From NCBI GenBank assembly GCA_035686365.1, contig DASRZM010000119.1, positions 4,211 through 68,210 on the forward strand: a DNA stretch of 64,000 bases. Direction: 5' to 3'. A model generated the notes under the pieces. That model was not told the DNA's origin. It searched no databases and was given only the letters and a program-made list of their open reading frames with translations. Position numbers and translations under genes: made by a program. Position 1 is the first letter of the stretch. Every line of letters begins with the position of its first letter. This stretch comes from Lysobacteraceae bacterium. GTDB taxonomy: Bacteria; Pseudomonadota; Gammaproteobacteria; Xanthomonadales; Xanthomonadaceae. Positions 51,741 through 63,676 of the stretch are shown here, one piece after another.

Positions 51741-53097
51741 CCGCCGCGTCGCGATCTGGGGCTATGGCCGCGAGGGCCGGGCGGCGTTGGCGGCGCTGCG
51801 CTGGCGGCTGCCGCGGCAGCCGCTGGCCCTGCTATGCGCCGAGTCCGAGGCGCAGGACGCACGCATGCTGGAGGATCCGCAGCTGCTGATCGTGACCGGC
51901 GAGCCGACCCCGGAGGCGCTGCGCGAGTTCGAGGTGGTGATCAAGTCCCCGGGCATCAGTCCCTATCTCGAGCCCGCGGCCTCGGCCATCGCCGCCGGGG
52001 TGCGCTTCACATCCGGCACGGCGCTGTGGTTCGCCGAGCACCCCGAAGCGCTGACCATCTGCGTGACCGGGACCAAGGGCAAGAGCACGACCTGTGCGCT
52101 GATCGCGCACCTGCTGCGCGCAGGCGGACATCGCACCGCGCTGGCCGGCAACATCGGTCTGCCGGTGCTGGACCTGCTCGAGATCGAGCCGCCACCCGAC
52201 TACTGGGTGATCGAGCTGTCCAGCTACCAGACCCGGGAAGCCGGCTTCGCCGACGTCGCCGTAGTGTTGAACCTGTTCCCCGAGCATCTGGACTGGCACG
52301 GATCCGAAGCGCGCTACGTCAACGACAAGCTGGCGCTGATCCGCGAGGGTTCGCCCGATCGCATCGTGCTCAATGCCGCCGACGCGCGGCTGGCGGCGCT
52401 GCCCCTGCCCGGTGCCGACGTGCGCTGGTTCTCCAATGCCGATGGCTGGCACCCCAGTGGGGGCACGCTGATGCGCGGGGCCGAGCCGGTTCTGGATCTG
52501 GGCGAGCTGCCGCTGCCGGGCACCCACAACCACCGCAACCTGTGTGCTGCGCTGACGGCGATCGAGGCGCTGGAACTGGATGCGAGCGCGCTGGCCCCGG
52601 CCGCCAAGGCGTTCCAGCCGCTGCCGCACCGGCTGCAGTCGCTGGGCGTGCGCGAGGGCATCGAGTACGTCAACGATTCCATCAGCACCACGCCGCAGGC
52701 CGCCGTGGCGGCGCTGGAGTGCTATGCCAACCGCCGCGTGGCGATCATCGTGGGGGGCTACGACCGCGGGCTGGACTGGTCGGTGTTCGAGGAGCACGTG
52801 GCGGTCTCGCCGCCGCATGCAGTGCTGGCCCAGGGGCAGAACGGTCCGCGGATCGCCGCCCAGCTCGGTGCCACGGCCCGCAAGGCGCACTTCGAGCTGC
52901 GCGACTGCGCCGACCTGGAGCCGGCGGTCCGGTTGGCCGAGAAGATGCTCGGCGGCAACGGCGTGGTGTTGCTCTCACCCGGTGCCCCGAGCTTTCCGCG
53001 CTATCGCGACTACGTCGAACGCGGCAAGCACTTCGCGCGGGTGGCCGGATTCGACCCGGCTTCGATCGTCGCCATCCACGGCCTCGGCGTGTCCTGA
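51718..53097 (+). CDS. murD2: MurD-like Mur ligase (candidate UDP-MurNAc-L-Ala:L-Glu ligase MurD2)
   Basis: GTG start chosen (VKISELADRRVAIWGYGREG). VTGTKGKSTT P-loop. ..NDSISTTP.. and ..GGYDRG.. are typical of MurD. It is not in a dcw cluster context. Confidence 0.72.
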   Translation: MKISELADRRVAIWGYGREGRAALAALRWRLPRQPLALLCAESEAQDARMLEDPQLLIVTGEPTPEALREFEVVIKSPGISPYLEPAASAIAAGVRFTSGTALWFAEHPEALTICVTGTKGKSTTCALIAHLLRAGGHRTALAGNIGLPVLDLLEIEPPPDYWVIELSSYQTREAGFADVAVVLNLFPEHLDWHGSEARYVNDKLALIREGSPDRIVLNAADARLAALPLPGADVRWFSNADGWHPSGGTLMRGAEPVLDLGELPLPGTHNHRNLCAALTAIEALELDASALAPAAKAFQPLPHRLQSLGVREGIEYVNDSISTTPQAAVAALECYANRRVAIIVGGYDRGLDWSVFEEHVAVSPPHAVLAQGQNGPRIAAQLGATARKAHFELRDCADLEPAVRLAEKMLGGNGVVLLSPGAPSFPRYRDYVERGKHFARVAGFDPASIVAIHGLGVS

Positions 53098-53193
53098 GGC
53101 GCCAAGGCACCCTCCCGCCCGGGGACCTCGCCGCCGATTTGAACTTTCACGCCGCTCAGGCAGACTGGACGCCCTGCTCCAGCCCTGAGTGCC

Positions 53194-55464
53194 ATGGTCG
53201 CAGCACCGCCGCCGCAAGGCCGCGCCCGAGCGTTGTTCGTGATCCTGCCGCTGCTGCTTGCGTTGGCCGCGACGGCTGTGTTCGCCCAGGACGCGCCGGC
53301 GCTGCGCCAGTTCAGTGTGGTCGACTCGGGGCTGCGGGTGGACCAGTTGCTGGAGGGGCGTTACGACGCCCAGTTCCTTCCGGTCGCGGGCGCACGTGCG
53401 AACCTGCGCGCAGGCGGCGAGTACACGCACTGGCTGCGCCTGGACGTGGATCGGACCGACGCCCCGCAGGTGCTGGTGCTCGAGCCGGTCCCGGCCGATC
53501 GGATCAACGTGTTCGCGGCGGGCCCGGGCGGCCGCTACGCGGAAACCGGCCTGCGCATGTTCCGGCCTGGCGCCATGGACTGGCCGCTCACGCGCCATGC
53601 CGTGCCCCTGGACGCGTCCTCGGGCCAGCCCGTGTACCTGTCGGTGGTCACGCGCGTACCGGTGGGTGTCGCGCCCCGGATCCAGGATGCGGAGGCGTTC
53701 GCTGGAAGCGACCGCCGCCTTGCCGCCGCGATCGCTGCGGCGCAGGTGCTGATGCTGGCCGTCGCGCTGTTCCTGGTGGTGCTGTCGGTGGCCGTACGCG
53801 ATGGTGTCTACGCGCGGTTCGCGGCGCTGGGCTTCGCCTGGCTGCTGCTGGCCATGGCGGCCGGGGGCCAGCTGTATGCGCTGCCCGGCCTCGCGATCAT
53901 CGGCTGGTGGGGCGTGCTGGGTCTGGTCGCCCTGGAGCTCGGTGTGGCAGCGCTGACCCTGTGGTCCATCGAGGGTGCGCTTGCGCTGTCGGGCCGTGAT
54001 GGCCGCATCCTGCGATTGCTGGCGATCGCGCTCGCCGCGATCGCGGGGTTCGCCCTGCTGAACCTGCAGACCCTGGCGGTGCCGCTGCGCGTGATTGCGC
54101 TCACGGCGCTGGTGGCCGGCCAGCTGATGGCATTGGGCCTGTCGCTGCGCGCTGCGCTGGGCGGACAGACGCTCGGGCGGGCGCTGGCGCCGGCATTCGC
54201 GCTCGCGCTGCTGCTGGCAGCGTCCACCTCGTTCACGACGCTGGCCCGGGTCGGAGGTCTGGATCCGGGCCCGGCGGCGCTGACCGTCGGTGCCGCCGTG
54301 GTCTGCCTGCTGTTCGCCCTGGCACTGCTCGACCGCGTGGCGGACTTGCGGCGCGAGCGCGACCGCGCCCAGGCGACCGCCCAGCGGGTGGATACGACGC
54401 TGCAGGTCGAGGCAAGCCGCCGCGAACTGGTGGAAGGGCTGCAGCAGGTGATGCGCTCGGCACCCGCCGGCGACCTGGAATGGATGGCCTTCCGCAAGCT
54501 GCTGGCGGCGCTGCGTACTCCGATCCCGCACCGCGCCGCCGCGATCGTCGCCTACGGATATCACGACCTGGACCTGCTGGTGAGCGAGCCGGGCGAGGAC
54601 AAGCCGCGCTTCGTCGCATTGCTGGAACAGCGTGGTAGCAATATCAAGGGCATCTGTCGCGGCCGCACGCCGCTGCAGATCCGCCTGGACCCCCAGTTCG
54701 AGGACGCCAACGCCGGCCCGGAGGAGGAACCGCCGCGCGAGTCCCTGGTCGGCGTCTACGCCGTGATCCCGCTGGGGATCGCCAAGCCCGGGTGGGGCGC
54801 GCTGCTGATCGAGCGCGCGAGCGAGGATTTCCAGACCGCGGAAATGCGCATGGCTTTCGAACTGGCGCAGATCACGCTGGCGGCGTCCGACCAGGCTGCC
54901 AGCCAGGTCGAACTGACCCGGCGCGCCGAGATCGACCCGCTGACCGGGGCTTTCAACCGGCGTGCAGCCGAGGTGGCGATGGACGAGGCTTTCGCCCGGG
55001 CTCTGGACGGTCGCCTTCCGGTGTCGGTACTGGTGCTGGACATCGACCGCTTCCGCGCGCTCAACGACAAGCATGGCCACGAGATCGGCGACCGCAGCCT
55101 GGCGGCGGCGGCCGAATGCATCCGCAAGCTGCTGCAGCCCGGCGACCTGCTGGCGCGCATGGGCGCCGACGAGTTCGCCGTGATGCTGCCCGGTCGCGCC
55201 CTGGACGCCGGCCGCGAGGCGGCCGAGCGCATCGTGGCCGCCATCGCGCAGCTGCGGGTGCGCGACGAGTCGGCGATCGTGTCCTTCACCGCGAGCGCGG
55301 GCGTGGGGTCGCGGGGCGGGGACGAGGAGTCGCCCAAGCACATGCTGGGACGGGCCACCCGCGCGATGGAAACTGCGCGCAGCAACGGCGGCAACCGCGT
55401 CCAGGGTCAGGGGCCGCGCTTCGGTTCGGCCGGCGAGGAGCCCCCGGACCCGCTTGTGCTCTGA
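53194..55464 (+). CDS. 7TM-DISM-type membrane sensor with GGDEF domain (motif GADEF)
   Basis: Signal peptide, a periplasmic beta-rich region and about 7 TM segments. C-terminal ..DPLTGAFNRR...LDIDRFRALNDKHGHEIGD...RMGADEFAVML.. Confidence 0.8.
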   Translation: MVAAPPPQGRARALFVILPLLLALAATAVFAQDAPALRQFSVVDSGLRVDQLLEGRYDAQFLPVAGARANLRAGGEYTHWLRLDVDRTDAPQVLVLEPVPADRINVFAAGPGGRYAETGLRMFRPGAMDWPLTRHAVPLDASSGQPVYLSVVTRVPVGVAPRIQDAEAFAGSDRRLAAAIAAAQVLMLAVALFLVVLSVAVRDGVYARFAALGFAWLLLAMAAGGQLYALPGLAIIGWWGVLGLVALELGVAALTLWSIEGALALSGRDGRILRLLAIALAAIAGFALLNLQTLAVPLRVIALTALVAGQLMALGLSLRAALGGQTLGRALAPAFALALLLAASTSFTTLARVGGLDPGPAALTVGAAVVCLLFALALLDRVADLRRERDRAQATAQRVDTTLQVEASRRELVEGLQQVMRSAPAGDLEWMAFRKLLAALRTPIPHRAAAIVAYGYHDLDLLVSEPGEDKPRFVALLEQRGSNIKGICRGRTPLQIRLDPQFEDANAGPEEEPPRESLVGVYAVIPLGIAKPGWGALLIERASEDFQTAEMRMAFELAQITLAASDQAASQVELTRRAEIDPLTGAFNRRAAEVAMDEAFARALDGRLPVSVLVLDIDRFRALNDKHGHEIGDRSLAAAAECIRKLLQPGDLLARMGADEFAVMLPGRALDAGREAAERIVAAIAQLRVRDESAIVSFTASAGVGSRGGDEESPKHMLGRATRAMETARSNGGNRVQGQGPRFGSAGEEPPDPLVL

Positions 55465-55470
55465 GCGGGC

Positions 55471-55983
55471 ATGAACCTGCGCGATTACGTCCGCGACGTC
55501 GCCGATTTTCCGGAAGCGGGCATCGTGTTCCGCGACGTGATGCCGCTGCTGGCCGACCCGGTGGCGTTCTCGCACGCATTGGAGCAGCTGGCACACGCGG
55601 TGCCGCCCGGCGGCGCCGATCGCATTGCCGCGATCGAGGCCCGCGGGTTCGTTTTCGGTGCGGCGCTGGCGACCAGGCTGCGCATCGGTCTGGTGCCGAT
55701 CCGCAAGCCCGGCAAGCTGCCGGCGCCGGTGGTTGGCATCGACTACGCGCTCGAATACGGCCGCGACCGCCTCGAACTGCCGCGCGAGGTGATGCGGCCG
55801 GGCCTGAGGGTGCTGCTGGTCGACGATGTGCTGGCCACCGGCGGCACCTTGGCCGCGGCGGCGCGGCTGATCCGGCTGTGCGGGTGCGAACCGGTGGCGG
55901 CGGGCGTGCTGATCGAGCTCGAGGCGCTGGGCGGGCGTGGAGCACTCGAGGGGCTGCGGGTGCATGCGGTGCTGCGTTATTGA
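55471..55983 (+). CDS. apt: Adenine phosphoribosyltransferase
   Basis: 170 aa. [17 protein letters not shown] motif, ..[11 protein letters not shown].. Confidence 0.93.
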   Translation: MNLRDYVRDVADFPEAGIVFRDVMPLLADPVAFSHALEQLAHAVPPGGADRIAAIEARGFVFGAALATRLRIGLVPIRKPGKLPAPVVGIDYALEYGRDRLELPREVMRPGLRVLLVDDVLATGGTLAAAARLIRLCGCEPVAAGVLIELEALGGRGALEGLRVHAVLRY

Positions 55984-56018
55984 ACTCGTCGGGGTGGGGC
56001 AGGGTCGAAGGCTGATGA

Positions 56019-56042
56019 ATCGCGGCCATGGGCCGCTCCCAC
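56019..56042 (-). repeat. Solitary GTGGGAGCGGCCCATGGCCGCGAT palindrome (inverted)
   Basis: atcgcggccatgggccgctcccac, between apt and msrA. Confidence 0.85.
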
Positions 56043-56086
56043 AGGTACGCGCCCGGTCGGGTGCAGGGGCAGTTGCAGGAGGCGGC

Positions 56087-56755
56087 ATGTTGTCGATTGG
56101 AGCCTATGCGCAGCGGCTGCCGCGTCCGGACGAGTCCCTGCCGGGGCGCAGCGAGCCCATGCCGCTGCGCAATGCGCACCTGGTGCTGGGACGGCCGCTG
56201 CGAGGCCCGTTTCCCGGACTGGCGTGCGCGCAGTTCGGGATGGGGTGCTTCTGGGGCGCGGAGCGCCTGTACTGGACGCTTCCGGGCGTTCATACCACCG
56301 CCGTGGGCTACGCCGGCGGCCACACCCCCAATCCGACCTACCGCGAGGTCTGTTCCGGCCGCACCGGGCATGCCGAGATGGTGCTGGTGGTCTACGACCC
56401 CTCGGCGATCGAGTACGCGCGGCTGCTGCAGGTGTTCTGGGAAGGTCACGACCCGACCCAGGGCATGCGCCAGGGAAACGACCGTGGCACGCAGTACCGG
56501 TCGGCGATCCATTGTCACGACGCCGGACAGCTGGAGCTGGTGCGCGCCAGCGCGCAGGCGTACGGGCAGCGGCTGACTGCCGCCGGCCAGGGCGCGATCT
56601 CGACCGAGATCGTGCATCCGGCGCCGCCGTTCTACTACGCCGAGCAGGAGCACCAGCAGTACCTGGCGCGGCATCCGGGCGGCTACTGCGGGCTGGGCGG
56701 CACCGGCGTGAGCTGTCCGGTCGGGTGGGCGCCAGCGGGCGAAACGGACCGCTAG
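56087..56755 (+). CDS. msrA: Peptide-methionine (S)-S-oxide reductase
   Basis: Internal start [12 protein letters not shown]... GMGCFWGAE active site. Confidence 0.92.
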   Translation: MLSIGAYAQRLPRPDESLPGRSEPMPLRNAHLVLGRPLRGPFPGLACAQFGMGCFWGAERLYWTLPGVHTTAVGYAGGHTPNPTYREVCSGRTGHAEMVLVVYDPSAIEYARLLQVFWEGHDPTQGMRQGNDRGTQYRSAIHCHDAGQLELVRASAQAYGQRLTAAGQGAISTEIVHPAPPFYYAEQEHQQYLARHPGGYCGLGGTGVSCPVGWAPAGETDR

Positions 56756-56800
56756 GGAACGTCCGATCAAGTCCATCCTGTACTCGCCGCACCATCGCGT

Positions 56801-57046
56801 CGATGCCAGGTCCGCTCCGTAGCCCGGCCCGCGAGGCGGTGACGGTTTCCGGGGCCGCCGCAAGTACATCCCTGTAGGCTGCGGACGCGCCATCCCTGGC
56901 GCGTACGCCCCCGGAAACCGTCCCCGCCCCGCGGTCCTCCCGACTTCGTTTCGTGTGGTCATCGCCCTGTAGGAGCCGGCGTTGCCGGCGATCGGCCCCG
57001 CGACAACACCCGGCGAACCCGCGTGGGAGCGGCCCATGGCCGCGAT
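56801..57046 (+). repeat. REP mosaic copy E
   Basis: Same four modules and linker as copy B, starting 46 nt after the msrA stop. Confidence 0.9.
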
Positions 57047-57064
57047 GCCGGGCGACCAAGGTCC

Positions 57065-57622
57065 CTAGTACCGCGGCCCGCCCTGCTCGGCATACAGCCG
57101 CAGCACCTCGCGCGCGGCCGGCCGCAGCAGATCCCGGCGCACCGTGATCCCGCGCGTTTTCAGCTCGCCGATCCAGTCGACGGGAAGCGGGCCCTCGTCG
57201 AATTCGGTCAGCTCCTCCACGTCCTCGGCGCGCGCGCCGATCAGCAACTCGTCGATGCCTGCCCAGATGCTGGCCCCGTAGCACATCGAGCACGGCTGCG
57301 CCGAGGCGGCCAGCAGCACGCGCCGGTCCTCGTTGAGGCGGAAGCGCTGGGTGCGGATCTGCGCGGACATGAAAGCCATCATCTCGGCATGGGCGACCGA
57401 GCAGGTCTGTGGCACGACCCGGTTGACGCCGACCCCGAGCACCTTGCCGGACTCCTCGAACACGGCGGCACCGAACGGTCCGCCGCTGCCGTGCTCGACG
57501 TTGAGCCTGGCCAGCTGGATGGCCAGCGCCATCTTGGACTCATCGTCGGCATGGACGCGGCCGGTATCGATCTCTTCGTTGATCCAGGCAGGCAGCGTCA
57601 GGTGGATCTGGGTATAGAGCAT
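57065..57622 (-). CDS. CMP/dCMP-type zinc nucleoside/nucleobase deaminase
   Basis: Only the last 185 codons of track ORF 57065..58393 are credible: MLYTQIHLTLPAW..., HAEMMA and PCSMC zinc motifs. Confidence 0.8.
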   Translation of the reverse strand: MLYTQIHLTLPAWINEEIDTGRVHADDESKMALAIQLARLNVEHGSGGPFGAAVFEESGKVLGVGVNRVVPQTCSVAHAEMMAFMSAQIRTQRFRLNEDRRVLLAASAQPCSMCYGASIWAGIDELLIGARAEDVEELTEFDEGPLPVDWIGELKTRGITVRRDLLRPAAREVLRLYAEQGGPRY

Positions 57623-57648
57623 CGCGGGGCCAGGCGGCGGGGCGCGGC

Positions 57649-58008
57649 TCAGTCTATCCGCGTCTCCCCGCCTTGGGCACCCGTGACACCCTCGCAGCGC
57701 CCCTCCACGCAGCGACACCCGAGCAGGCTGGGAAATCCGCACACGCTCATGCGGCCCTCGCGCTCGCACTGGGCCTGCACGCGCTCGGGAAAGGTCGGGC
57801 TGTCGATATTGACGCAGGCCGGGTAGTAGCCGCAGCAGTTGCCGACGTCCTTGACCGCGCAGTCCGCGTCGGTGCTGCAGCTGAAATCGACGGTGTCCGG
57901 CGCCGCCTCGACGGACGCGGGCCGATCTGTCGACGGCGGCGTCTGTGCGCCGGTGCAGCCGACCATGGCCAGGCTGAGCACCAGCACGAGGGTCCGGATC
58001 ATCGTCAT
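57649..58008 (-). CDS. Small Cys-rich lipoprotein, unknown function
   Basis: AAGGAG Shine-Dalgarno sequence 5 nt upstream. MTMIRTLVLVLSLAMVGC lipobox. 10 further Cys in about 70 residues (..CSTDADCAVKDVGNCCGYYPAC..CRCVEGRC..). Confidence 0.6.
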   Translation of the reverse strand: MTMIRTLVLVLSLAMVGCTGAQTPPSTDRPASVEAAPDTVDFSCSTDADCAVKDVGNCCGYYPACVNIDSPTFPERVQAQCEREGRMSVCGFPSLLGCRCVEGRCEGVTGAQGGETRID

Positions 58009-58217
58009 TCTCCTTGGGCGGGACCGGGCGACGATAACGCGGGTCCGCGTCGAGGGCCGGTGACCGTGGCCGGGCCCGGCGGACCCCGGAACGGGTTCCG
58101 AGGCTTGCGCGGCAACGACGGCGCCCCAGCGGATCGGGCAGGCAAGTGCCCGATTCCGATCGGGTCCTGCGCAGCCGGGTCCGGCCAGATCCAGGATGGA
58201 CTGGTCCGGACCGTACC

Positions 58218-59936
<1,719 letters not shown>

Positions 59937-59967
59937 GGAAAGCGGTTCGGACAGGGGAGGGCCGCGC

Positions 59968-60978
59968 TCAGGCGCGGCGGTCTACGGCGTAGCGCGCCAG
60001 CCCGGCCAGCGCGGCGCGCTGCGGGCTGTCGGGCAGGGCCTGCAGCTGCGCCAGCGCCAGCTGGGCGTGTTCGGCGGCGCGTGCCTGCGCGTAATCGATG
60101 CCGCCACAGGCTCGAATGGTATCGAGCACGTCGTCGAGGCCATCACCGCCTCCGTTTTCGACGATCGCGCGCAGCCGTTGCCGCGCAGGTTCGGGTGCGT
60201 GCGACAGCGCATGGATCAGCGGCAGGGTGGCCTTGCCCTCGGCCAGGTCGTCGCCCAGGCACTTGCCCAGCTCCGCGGCGTCGGCGGTGTAGTCGAGCAC
60301 GTCGTCGGCGATCTGGAACGCGATCCCCAGCTGCAGGCCGAATTCGGCCAGCGCCTGCTCCATCGTATCGTCGCTGCCGGCCAGCACGCCACCCAGGCGG
60401 GCGGCGGCAGCGAACAGCACGGCGGTCTTGCGCTCGATCACCTGAAGGTAGGCACGCTCGTCGGTGTCGGGATTGTTCACGTGCAGCAATTGCAGCACCT
60501 CGCCCTCGGCGATGGCGTTGGTGGTATCGGCGAGGATGCGCATGACCGCCATGCGGTCGAGCTCGACCATCAGCTGGAACGAGCGCGAGTACAGGAAATC
60601 GCCGACCAGCACGCTGGGTGCGTTGCCCCACAGGGCGTTGGCCGTGCTGCGCCCGCGCCGCAGGTCCGACTCGTCGACGACGTCGTCGTGCAGCAGGGTG
60701 GCGGTATGGATGAACTCGATGATCGCGGCCAGCTGCAGGTGATCGCGGCCGCGGTATCCGGCGGCGCCGGCCGCCAGCAGCACCAGCATCGGCCGCAGCC
60801 GCTTGCCGCCGGCGGCCACGATGTGCTCGGCGATGCGGTTGATCAGAACGACCTCGGAGGCCAGGCGGGCCCGGATCAGGGCATCGACCTGGGCCATCTC
60901 GGCAGCGACCTGCTCCTGGATCGCATCGATCGGCAGGCTGTGCGGGACGAGGGCGGCGGGCGCGGTCGCAGGGGGCAT
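59968..60978 (-). CDS. ispB: Octaprenyl diphosphate synthase
   Basis: Internal start [12 protein letters not shown]... LLHDDVVD and IADDVLD aspartate-rich motifs. Confidence 0.9.
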   Translation of the reverse strand: MPPATAPAALVPHSLPIDAIQEQVAAEMAQVDALIRARLASEVVLINRIAEHIVAAGGKRLRPMLVLLAAGAAGYRGRDHLQLAAIIEFIHTATLLHDDVVDESDLRRGRSTANALWGNAPSVLVGDFLYSRSFQLMVELDRMAVMRILADTTNAIAEGEVLQLLHVNNPDTDERAYLQVIERKTAVLFAAAARLGGVLAGSDDTMEQALAEFGLQLGIAFQIADDVLDYTADAAELGKCLGDDLAEGKATLPLIHALSHAPEPARQRLRAIVENGGGDGLDDVLDTIRACGGIDYAQARAAEHAQLALAQLQALPDSPQRAALAGLARYAVDRRA

Positions 60979-61219
60979 TCGGGTCGATCGTCGGGATGTC
61001 GGGCGAGGCGCCGGTGGCGCCGGCGGATTATACGGGTCGGGACGCCGCCGTCCTGGCCGGGCACCCATCTCCGCTATACTCCTTCGCCCCCGCGAAGCCG
61101 CGCGGTCGCCGCCGGGACGGCCTGTTTTCCTACGTTCCGGCGCGGCGCAGCGCCGATGCCGCCGACCGGCGGCGCCGGCGACACTGGCCTCGCAGCCCTT
61201 CCATCGAGCAGGACACGAC

Positions 61220-61711
61220 ATGGCACGCGGAATCAACAAGGTCATCCTCGTCGGCAACCTCGGCGCCGATCCGGAAACCCGATACAGCGCCGGCGGCTCG
61301 GCGATCACCACGATCCGGGTCGCCACCTCCGAGCAGTGGAAGGACAAGCAGACCGGCGAGATGCAGGAGCGCACCGAGTGGCACCGGGTGAAGTTCTTCG
61401 GCCGGCTGGCGGAGATCGCCGGCGAGTACCTGCGCAAGGGCAGGCAGGTCTACGTCGAGGGCTCGTTGCGCACCGACAAGTACACCGACAAGGAAGGCGT
61501 GGAGCGCTACACCACCGACATCATCGCCAACGAGATGCAGATGCTGGGCGGACCGGGCGGCGAGGGCGGTGCCGGCGGGGGTAGCGGTGGTGGCGGCCAG
61601 CGCAGCCGGCCGGCGCCGCGCAGCGGTGCGGGCGGGGGCGGAGGCGGCAGCCAGCAACGCCCGGCGCAGCCGCCGCAGGACGAGCTCGAAGACGACGACA
61701 TTCCGTTCTAG
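61220..61711 (+). CDS. ssb: Single-stranded DNA-binding protein
   Basis: [19 protein letters not shown]..., Gly-rich linker, acidic tip DDDIPF. Confidence 0.95.
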   Translation: MARGINKVILVGNLGADPETRYSAGGSAITTIRVATSEQWKDKQTGEMQERTEWHRVKFFGRLAEIAGEYLRKGRQVYVEGSLRTDKYTDKEGVERYTTDIIANEMQMLGGPGGEGGAGGGSGGGGQRSRPAPRSGAGGGGGGSQQRPAQPPQDELEDDDIPF

Positions 61712-61721
61712 GCGAACCGAC

Positions 61722-62780
61722 GTGCAAACCATTCTGGTCACCGGCGGCGCCGGGTTCATCGGCGGCAACTTCGTGCTGGCGCACATTGCGCAGGGCGGGG
61801 GGCGCATCGTGAACCTCGATGCGCTGACCTACGCGGGCAATCTCGACACGCTTGCGCCGCTGAAGGGCGACGACCGCCATGTGTTCGTGCACGGCGACAT
61901 CGGCGACCGCGAGCTGGTCGGCAGGCTGCTGCGCGAGCACCGGCCTTGTGCGCTCGTCAATTTCGCGGCCGAGAGCCATGTCGACCGCTCGATCGACGGC
62001 CCGGCCGCGTTCGTGCAGACCAACGTCGTCGGCACGCTGAACCTGCTCGAATGCGCGCGCGACTACTGGCGCGAACTGCCCGAGGCCGGGCGTGCAGCAT
62101 TCCGCTTCCTGCACGTGTCCACCGACGAGGTGTACGGCTCACTGGGCGAGCAGGGCCGGTTCACCGAGACCACGCCCTACGCGCCCAACTCGCCGTACTC
62201 GGCCTCCAAGGCGGCCTCGGACCACCTGGTGCGGGCCTTCCACCACACCTGGGGACTGCCGACGCTGACCACCAACTGCTCCAACAACTACGGGCCCTAC
62301 CAGTTCCCGGAGAAGCTGGTGCCGCTGATGATCGCCCGTGCGCTGGCCGGCGAGCCGCTGCCGGTGTATGGCGATGGCCGCAACGTGCGCGACTGGCTGT
62401 ACGTGCTCGACCACTGCAGCGCGATCGAGACCGTCCTGGCGCGCGGGCGTCCCGGCGAGGTCTACAACGTCGGTGGCGACGCCGAGCGCGAGAACATCGT
62501 CGTGGTCGAGACGATCTGCGCGTTGCTGGATGCGCGCCGGCCGCGCGCCGACGGCCGGCCGCGCGAGTCGCAGATCGACTTCGTGACCGACCGGCCGGGC
62601 CACGACCGCCGTTACGCGATCGACGCCGGCAAGATCCTGCGCGAACTGGGCTGGGGACCCTCGGTCGATTTCGACACCGGCATGGCCCTGACCGTGGACT
62701 GGTACCTGGACAACCAGCCCTGGGTGCAGCGCGTGCTCGACGGCAGCTACCGGTTGCAGCGCCTCGGCGCCGCGGCCTGA
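61722..62780 (+). CDS. rfbB: dTDP-glucose 4,6-dehydratase
   Basis: GTG start [26 protein letters not shown] catalytic motif. Confidence 0.92.
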   Translation: MQTILVTGGAGFIGGNFVLAHIAQGGGRIVNLDALTYAGNLDTLAPLKGDDRHVFVHGDIGDRELVGRLLREHRPCALVNFAAESHVDRSIDGPAAFVQTNVVGTLNLLECARDYWRELPEAGRAAFRFLHVSTDEVYGSLGEQGRFTETTPYAPNSPYSASKAASDHLVRAFHHTWGLPTLTTNCSNNYGPYQFPEKLVPLMIARALAGEPLPVYGDGRNVRDWLYVLDHCSAIETVLARGRPGEVYNVGGDAERENIVVVETICALLDARRPRADGRPRESQIDFVTDRPGHDRRYAIDAGKILRELGWGPSVDFDTGMALTVDWYLDNQPWVQRVLDGSYRLQRLGAAA

Positions 62781-62794
62781 TCGGGCACGAAGCG

Positions 62795-63676
62795 ATGAAC
62801 AAGGGCATCATCCTTGCCGGCGGCTCCGGCACCCGGCTTTATCCCATCACGCTGGGTGTCAGCAAGCAGCTGCTGCCGGTGTACGACAAGCCGATGATCT
62901 ACTACCCGCTCAGCACGCTGATGCTGGCGGGCATCAGCGAAGTGCTGGTGATCAACACCCCGCACGAGCAGCCGCTGTTCCGGCAGTTACTCGGCGACGG
63001 CTCGCAATGGGGCATGCGCATCGAGTACGCGGTGCAGCCGAAACCCGAGGGACTGGCGCAGGCCTACCTGATCGGGCGCGACTTCGTCGCCGGCGATCCT
63101 TCCTGCCTGATCCTGGGCGACAACATCTTCTACGGCCATGGCCTGCGTGAGGCGCTCGCCGGCGCCGCAGTGCAGAACGACGGGGCCACGGTGTTCGGCT
63201 ACTGGGTGCGCGACCCGGAGCGCTACGGCGTGGCCGAGTTCGACGACGACGGCCGCGTGATCGGCCTGGAAGAAAAGCCGGCGCGGCCGCGGTCGAACTA
63301 TGCCGTCACCGGCCTGTATTTCTACGACGGCCGGGCCAGCGGGTTCGCGGAGGCGCTGAAGCCCTCGGCGCGCGGCGAACTGGAGATCACCGACCTCAAC
63401 CGGCGCTACCTGGAGGAGGGCTCGCTGCGGCTGGAGCGGCTGGGACGCGGTTACGCCTGGCTCGACACCGGCACCCACGAGTCGCTGCTGCAGGCGGCCA
63501 CCTTCATGGAGACCATCGAGCAGCGCCAGGGCCTGCGCGTGTGCTGCCCGGAGGAGATCGCCTACCTGAACCGCTGGATCGACGGGGCCCAGCTCGAGGC
63601 GCTGGCGCGCCCGCTGCTGAAGAACGGCTACGGGCAGTACCTGATGCACGTGCTCGAGCACGGCGTGGCGGCATGA
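62795..63676 (+). CDS. rfbA: Glucose-1-phosphate thymidylyltransferase
   Basis: [19 protein letters not shown]... Confidence 0.95.
   Translation: MNKGIILAGGSGTRLYPITLGVSKQLLPVYDKPMIYYPLSTLMLAGISEVLVINTPHEQPLFRQLLGDGSQWGMRIEYAVQPKPEGLAQAYLIGRDFVAGDPSCLILGDNIFYGHGLREALAGAAVQNDGATVFGYWVRDPERYGVAEFDDDGRVIGLEEKPARPRSNYAVTGLYFYDGRASGFAEALKPSARGELEITDLNRRYLEEGSLRLERLGRGYAWLDTGTHESLLQAATFMETIEQRQGLRVCCPEEIAYLNRWIDGAQLEALARPLLKNGYGQYLMHVLEHGVAA

Noticed and set aside
26799-57046. The idea that mosaic copies B-E, spaced 8-11 kb apart in direct orientation, delimit genomic islands, or that the repeats form a CRISPR-like array.
   Set aside because: The intervening segments show no integrase, tRNA, transposase or visible compositional shift. 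They contain housekeeping genes (dinB, gdhA, apt, msrA). The spacing is kilobases, not tens of bp, and no cas genes are present. Direct repeats could still mediate deletions, but an island or CRISPR call is unsupported.
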